Source of the DNA: Patescibacteria group bacterium UBA2773
GTDB taxonomy: Bacteria; Patescibacteriota; Minisyncoccia; Moranbacterales; DUUL01
DNA length: 64,000 bases
Reading direction: 5' to 3'
NCBI GenBank assembly: GCA_002352465.1
Contig: DEIN01000003.1
Coordinates: 88,933 to 152,932 of the forward strand
The notes beneath the pieces are model-generated. The model ran no database searches, had not been told where the DNA came from, and saw nothing but the letters and a program-made list of their open reading frames with translations. This document shows, piece by piece, positions 59,335-64,000 of the stretch (position 1 is its first letter; each line of letters begins with the position of its first letter). Position numbers and translations under genes: made by a program.

Positions 59335-59823
59335 TTATTTTCCAACTCCGTTATCCTTAGGATTGACTTGATTATCCTTAAAGAAAACATTGTGCAAAGC
59401 ATTTTTAATACAAGTCCGAGTAATCGCTCCAACTAACTTCTCTTCTTTATTTAAAACTGGCATAAACCTTTGTCGCCCTTTCAAAGCATAAGTCGCAGCC
59501 TCAATCATTGCATCGTCTTCAGATAAAGTATGAAAATCAGTATCCATAAAATCTTTCAACTTCAAATTTTTCAATTTATCAGCATATCGGTCGAAGGTTC
59601 CTTCAGCGCCAAACATTGAATTAGTAGGATCTTCTTCTAAATAACTAGGCACCACTTGTTTGATTAAAGTTCTTGAAGAAATCATCCCAACTGGTTTTTC
59701 ATTTTTGTCCACCACCACAATACTATTAGTTTTTTTCTCCACCATTTGCTTCACCACTTCTGGAAAAGTCTTCTCCTGAGAAATAGTATTAACCCAATCA
59801 CACATATAATTTTTTACAATCAT
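59335..59823 (-). CDS. CBS-domain pair protein
   Basis: 162 aa with two CBS-like repeats ('…VVDKNEKPVGMISSRTLIK…', '…MPVLNKEEKLVGAITRTCIK…'). Confidence 0.65.
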   Translation of the reverse strand: MIVKNYMCDWVNTISQEKTFPEVVKQMVEKKTNSIVVVDKNEKPVGMISSRTLIKQVVPSYLEEDPTNSMFGAEGTFDRYADKLKNLKLKDFMDTDFHTLSEDDAMIEAATYALKGRQRFMPVLNKEEKLVGAITRTCIKNALHNVFFKDNQVNPKDNGVGK

Positions 59824-60115
59824 TTTTTTGTTTAGCTATTAATTTAAAATTATTTAAAGTTTTTCAAAATAAAAACCCGCTAATAAAATTATAGCAGAGT
59901 TTAGATTTTTAGCACCTCCATATAATTATCCTTTTCAAAAAAATTGTCAAGCACAAACCGCCCATCAAAAAGTTCTTAAAGTCAAAAGTTTATAAAGTTA
60001 AAAATTCATAAAATTTTTAAAGTATTGCCATTTAATGGTTTTTCTGCTTTAATACTTCTTCAAACGAAGAACCTTAATATTATTATAGATAAACGCAAAA
60101 TCAAGGAGGTAAGGT

Positions 60116-60595
60116 ATGACTAATACTAATGATGGTGAATCTCGTTGTTCTTTTTGTGGAAAGGGTCAATCAGAAGTAAAAAAACTGATTGCTGGTCCTT
60201 CTGCTTACATTTGCAATGAATGTATAGTATTATGTGTTAAATCCGGCTCAGAAGATAAACCCGTTGTCTTTTGGCAAGGAGAATTAGAGGAACTCAGCTT
60301 AAAAGACATTCAAGAAAAAATGGGACTTGAAAAAGACGCCTTTCTTTCAAAAACTCTCAAAGAATTGATCCCGAAATGTCTGGATCTTCATAAAGGACAA
60401 CTCTTAGAAGATGCCCAAAACAAGCTTGAAGCATTAGAAGAAAAATTAGAGCAAACATCTTCTAATATTCAACAGAGCCGCCAAACAATCGAGGAGACAA
60501 AACAAACCCTAGAAAATTTCACAAATAAAGAAATATCATTAGAAACCGAGATTGAGATCACTAGAAAAATCATGCGCGAAATCTCAAGATCATAA
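60116..60595 (+). CDS. Stand-alone ClpX-type C4 zinc-binding-domain protein with a C-terminal coiled coil (no AAA+ module)
   Basis: 159 aa. '[30 protein letters not shown]' is near-identical in pattern to the ClpX N-terminal ZBD. Strong SD 'aaggaggt' 8 nt upstream. Confidence 0.7.
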   Translation: MTNTNDGESRCSFCGKGQSEVKKLIAGPSAYICNECIVLCVKSGSEDKPVVFWQGELEELSLKDIQEKMGLEKDAFLSKTLKELIPKCLDLHKGQLLEDAQNKLEALEEKLEQTSSNIQQSRQTIEETKQTLENFTNKEISLETEIEITRKIMREISRS

Positions 60596-60637
60596 TCGAT
60601 AATTCCCCTAAAAACAAACTGAAATATCATTTTCAAC

Positions 60638-60677
60638 AAGCCTGTTCAAGAATGGAAATCCTGCAGGCTTTTTTTAT
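60638..60677 (+). terminator. Rho-independent terminator after the ClpX-ZBD gene
   Basis: aagcctg…caggctt stem followed by ttttttt. Confidence 0.55.
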
Positions 60678-60795
60678 TTAAATTTTTAGAACATACTATA
60701 GAACGTTCTATTTTTAAAAATTATTTCGCCAGCTTTTATCGCAATAATCCCCGACTAGAAAGCTTTCTAACCGGGGATTAAATTCTTATGCTCTT

Positions 60796-61545
60796 TTATC
60801 TTTTATGTCTTCTGCTTCTTCTTACCATTCCTGAGAATGCGATGGTTCCCAGCCCAAAAAGAATAATTGTTCCTGGCTCAGGAACAGTTCTTGTCCCTTC
60901 CAACGTCACCGCAGAAAAAGGCACAAAAAATTCATCTGTCAACCGACCTCCAAAAATAATTGGTTCTATTCTGAAGGTTAAAGTATCTAAATTTTTCCCA
61001 ATTTCTTCCTGCCAAAAAGGAAACGCTGACAAATCAAATTCCCGCAAGGAATAGACTTCTCTATCAGAATTTAATGAACCATCTAACGGTTTACCGTCAA
61101 GATAAAGATTATATAATGCATTCAATCCTATCCCTCCGGTCACTACCGCAATCTTAATTCTGTTAATATCAAAACCGTTAGTTTCCGTCAAAAATCCTGG
61201 AATTTCCCATTCAAAAACCCCAGTTGCTCCAACCACTGTATCGGGGTCAAATGGTTGACCAATTAACGCCATTGCGTTTGGATTGCCAAAATAATGAGTA
61301 ACGCTAACGTTATCAAAATCGCCGCTTCCTCCTAATGGAATAGCCCCAACCAAATTTGGAAACAACAAAGATCCAATTAAAACCATTGACAATAATAAAC
61401 TTTTTTTCACGCTTCCTCTCCCTTTTTTAATCCCTATAATAAGGGAAATTAAAATTCGGCTACTATCAAAATTAGTTCCATAACTAACTCTGAATAATAA
61501 CCAAATCCAACAAAAAATAGAAAGTCTTCTTTCTATTGTTCTCAA
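60796..61545 (-). CDS. PEP-CTERM sorting-signal protein
   Basis: 249 aa. C-terminal 'VPEPGTIILFGLGTIAFSGMVRRSRRHKR'. Confidence 0.7.
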   Translation of the reverse strand: MRTIERRLSIFCWIWLLFRVSYGTNFDSSRILISLIIGIKKGRGSVKKSLLLSMVLIGSLLFPNLVGAIPLGGSGDFDNVSVTHYFGNPNAMALIGQPFDPDTVVGATGVFEWEIPGFLTETNGFDINRIKIAVVTGGIGLNALYNLYLDGKPLDGSLNSDREVYSLREFDLSAFPFWQEEIGKNLDTLTFRIEPIIFGGRLTDEFFVPFSAVTLEGTRTVPEPGTIILFGLGTIAFSGMVRRSRRHKR

Positions 61546-61643
61546 ACTCCAATTTAACCATAATTTAAAACATTTGGCAATAGATATCTTTTGAATTTTA
61601 TTTTAAAACTTAATTCGATTATTTTTTACAAAAAAAATTATTT

Positions 61644-62723
61644 CTATTTTGGCACCTTCTCCAAATCAAATCCATCCTCATCCCAATTCAAAACCGCCCA
61701 TTCACTTTGGCCGTCATCGTTGAATTTTCCAATCAAATAATATTGAACTCCATTTATGTTGACTTCTTCCCATTCGTGAGTTTCGCCATTGACTGCCACA
61801 ATTTGTTTTTCACTATTTTCTAAAATTTGACTGACCTTTTCTTGATTAGCAATTTTATAAAGTTTTCGTTTTCCTTGATATTCAAACAATGGATGATCCG
61901 AAAAAATTGCGACTTTCTCTTTTTCGGTTGCTTTCAAGTCATTTTCCAACCAACTTAATTGAGGCTCTAAAATTTCACCTCGATCTCTTTTGTTAATTTC
62001 TATTGATTGCGCTCCTTGACTTCGTATTCCGGCAAATTGTTTTTCGTAATAATCCCGCTCAGCAATCAACTTTTCCTTGGTAATATTATTCTCTGCTAAA
62101 TAGGCTTCCAGCTCAAATGGATTTTTCAACACATCCCGCCTATTTTGATAATTATTCTTAACTTTTTCGCACCATGATTCTGGCTGACAAAGCACATTCA
62201 AATCACCATCACCAGAAACAGTATCTAAAACTATAATATGAAAATTTTTCACATCAAAAGAATAATAAGTTTCTGGGGTTTTAGCAGTTTTTTTCCAATA
62301 TTCAAATGACTTATAATCATCAACATCGTGGTCGCTTAAAACATGATAAAGAGGTGCTTTAGTTTTTAAATTATCCATCATCCACGCCAATTCTTCCGGT
62401 GCATCATTGTCACACCCCTCTAGTCGATAGCGAATATTATCTCCTAGATCAACATTAAAATCAGTATTTCGAGTATCAACATCATCTACAAAAAGCTTTA
62501 TTCTCTCAGCCGTGATTTTCCCTGGACTTCGAAAATCACATTTATGGACATCAGTAATTATTCCAATTTGAATCGAGTTTAAAAAACTTTCCTCAAGTTG
62601 TTTTATTGATTCAGCAATACTTTCATCAGTTTGATCAATTTTAATTTCTTGAGAACCGAAAGAACAACCAGAAAAAATCAAGACCCCTAAACTCAAAACA
62701 ACTAGCCCTATTTTTTTATGCAT
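61644..62723 (-). CDS. Lipoprotein, possibly calcineurin-like metallophosphoesterase
   Basis: 359 aa. Lipobox 'LIFSGCS', then 'IGIITDVH' and 'DLGDN' resembling metallophosphoesterase motifs I and II. Confidence 0.4.
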   Translation of the reverse strand: MHKKIGLVVLSLGVLIFSGCSFGSQEIKIDQTDESIAESIKQLEESFLNSIQIGIITDVHKCDFRSPGKITAERIKLFVDDVDTRNTDFNVDLGDNIRYRLEGCDNDAPEELAWMMDNLKTKAPLYHVLSDHDVDDYKSFEYWKKTAKTPETYYSFDVKNFHIIVLDTVSGDGDLNVLCQPESWCEKVKNNYQNRRDVLKNPFELEAYLAENNITKEKLIAERDYYEKQFAGIRSQGAQSIEINKRDRGEILEPQLSWLENDLKATEKEKVAIFSDHPLFEYQGKRKLYKIANQEKVSQILENSEKQIVAVNGETHEWEEVNINGVQYYLIGKFNDDGQSEWAVLNWDEDGFDLEKVPK

Positions 62724-62735
62724 GAAGTCAAAATT

Positions 62736-62880
62736 AAAATTTACAATAAACCAATTTACAATTTACAATCAATTTTCAATGACTTAATTTTCAATTTTCA
62801 AAACCAAACAAGCGAAGCTTGTCATTGAAAATTTTTAAATTGAAAATTGATTGTAAATTGGTTTATTGTAAATTGTAAAT
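62736..62880. repeat. Long imperfect inverted repeat (~45-55-nt arms built from TTACAAT/ATTGTAA heptads) around a ~37-bp spacer
   Basis: The left arm 'tttacaataaaccaatttacaatttacaatcaattttcaatgac' at 62737-62783 pairs with the right arm 'gtcattgaaaatt…attgtaaattggtttattgtaaattgtaaatt' at 62821-62880. Confidence 0.7.
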
Positions 62881-62890
62881 TATTAAAAAC

Positions 62891-63907
62891 TCAATTACTA
62901 GAAATTTCCTCTATCTTTACGTCAATAACCCCTGCCCCTATACTCATTAATTCCGCAAACGCCACCTTATCCAAATCAATCACCTTCCCCGTCCCTGGAT
63001 CTGGTCCATAGTCATTAACTATCACAATAATTTGCTTTCCGTTGTCCTTACTCGTCACCCGAAGCCAAGTTCCTCTTGGATATTTGACCGACGCACAATA
63101 CATTCCACCTTTAAAAGCATACCAACTGGCCAAACCTTTTTGAGTGCTAGCCACTTCAATTTTCCGACCTTCCACTACAATTTTTGGTTGGGCTTCTTTA
63201 ATAATTTTTGTCACTAATTTTTTCTTACTAACTAATTTTCCATTTTTATAAACCACTTCATATTCAACTTCTTTTAAACCGTTTTCCCCTTCTTGTTTAA
63301 TTTTTTCTTTTTTCCATTCCACTTTTTTATCAGTCTTTACCACCGTTTCAAATTCAATCTCTTGCTCCTCTATTATATTCTTTTTTTCAATTCTTGTAAT
63401 TACAACTTCTGAATCATCTTTTACTAATGTTTTCAATTTTGGTTCAACTTTGTCAAAAAGATTTAAATTAATTCCCTCATCTTTTAATAATTTTTCAATT
63501 GTTCTTCTAATGGTGTTAATCTCCTTAGTCTCCCCATCCACTTTCACTGATAATTTTTTATTGCTAGTAATAAAAATGGTTGAATGAGGCTCAATCACTC
63601 TTTCTAAATCAGAACTAATCAAATCTTTCGAAGAGACAACTAATCCTTTTTCTTTTAAAAAATCACTCACACTCGAAACCTCCGTCATCGTTTGATATCG
63701 AAAACCATCAATCACCAGCTCCACCGCAATCGGATACTCAATTTCTAACTCTCGCGTTTCCCTCGAAAATTTTTGCCAAACTAAAAAACTGATCGATGCC
63801 AGAAAAAATAAAAATATTACTATTTTAAACCAAAGTTTAAATTTCATAGCTTTGTAAGAAGAAACAAGATACAAGAACACAAGAAACAAACAAATTAAAA
63901 ATCTCAA
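62891..63907 (-). CDS. G5-domain + RlpA-like double-psi beta-barrel (3D/DPBB) cell-wall protein
   Basis: 338 aa. N-terminal TM. G5-like 'EIEFETVVKTDKKVEWKKEKIKQEGENGLKEVEYEVVYKNGK'. C-terminal 'ASWYAFKGG…VNDYGP…GKVIDLDKVAFAEL' resembles RlpA/YabE. Confidence 0.6.
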   Translation of the reverse strand: MRFLICLFLVFLYLVSSYKAMKFKLWFKIVIFLFFLASISFLVWQKFSRETRELEIEYPIAVELVIDGFRYQTMTEVSSVSDFLKEKGLVVSSKDLISSDLERVIEPHSTIFITSNKKLSVKVDGETKEINTIRRTIEKLLKDEGINLNLFDKVEPKLKTLVKDDSEVVITRIEKKNIIEEQEIEFETVVKTDKKVEWKKEKIKQEGENGLKEVEYEVVYKNGKLVSKKKLVTKIIKEAQPKIVVEGRKIEVASTQKGLASWYAFKGGMYCASVKYPRGTWLRVTSKDNGKQIIVIVNDYGPDPGTGKVIDLDKVAFAELMSIGAGVIDVKIEEISSN

Positions 63908-64000
63908 ATTAAAACAACAGAACCTTGAAAAACCGTAAGTTTTTCGTTTTTAACTTAAGTTTTTTTAATTTCTAATTTGTTCATTCCCTTGTGTCCTTCT

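Overview
This is an AT-rich (about one-third GC by eye) bacterial window with nearly all genes on the minus strand. Its style (small genes, DUF4012 paralogs, a G5/RlpA-like protein, GT-C and GT4 glycosyltransferases, PEP-CTERM proteins) fits an uncultured, possibly CPR/Patescibacteria-like organism, but that is a guess.

The window has three parts.

(i) 1 to 7.4 kb is a core translation block: a partial MscS channel, rplS, tRNA-Leu(GAG), tyrS, a NUDIX hydrolase, argS and tRNA-Asn(GTT).

(ii) About 7.4 to 34.5 kb is a mosaic accessory/defence region starting at tRNA-Asn. A large serine recombinase gene overlaps the antisense of the tRNA 3' half. It is followed by small hypotheticals and a 531-aa protein with a sigma-region-4-like HTH. 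Next is a translationally coupled four-gene operon: Type III Mod, an OLD-family ABC-ATPase/Toprim nuclease (GajA/PARIS-like), Type III Res and a DUF2779-like PD-(D/E)xK nuclease. After that come a membrane-anchored receiver-domain protein, a tyrosine integrase, and a GC-elevated (probably horizontally acquired) operon of NTP-transferase, phosphohexomutase, Fe-ADH and IMPase plus a NUDIX gene. The region ends with remnants of a second mobile element (a possible TerS-like protein, a large serine recombinase C-terminal fragment, an FtsK-like fragment) and a single-chain Type IIB-like R-M-S fusion enzyme co-transcribed with an unknown 300-aa protein.

(iii) 34.8 to 64 kb is a core and envelope region. 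It holds a TetR-MFP-RND efflux operon with a perfect palindromic operator, and a truncated fic. A PEP-CTERM gene sits between 57-bp direct duplications of a glycosyltransferase 3' end. There are FtsQ-like and Mur-ligase-like genes, an aminotransferase, and a surface-glycan cluster with two GT4 glycosyltransferases, a Wzz-like protein and two DUF4012 paralogs. Further on are rsmA, a MazG-like gene, trxA, a CsoR-like/TehA-like/DUF302-like/ArsB-like stress cluster, a stand-alone ClpX zinc-binding-domain protein, a second PEP-CTERM protein, a lipoprotein, a G5/RlpA-like protein, and a long inverted repeat.

No CRISPR array and no rRNA were seen. The most interesting candidate is the Mod / OLD-like ATPase-Toprim / Res / DUF2779 operon on the tRNA-Asn-associated island.
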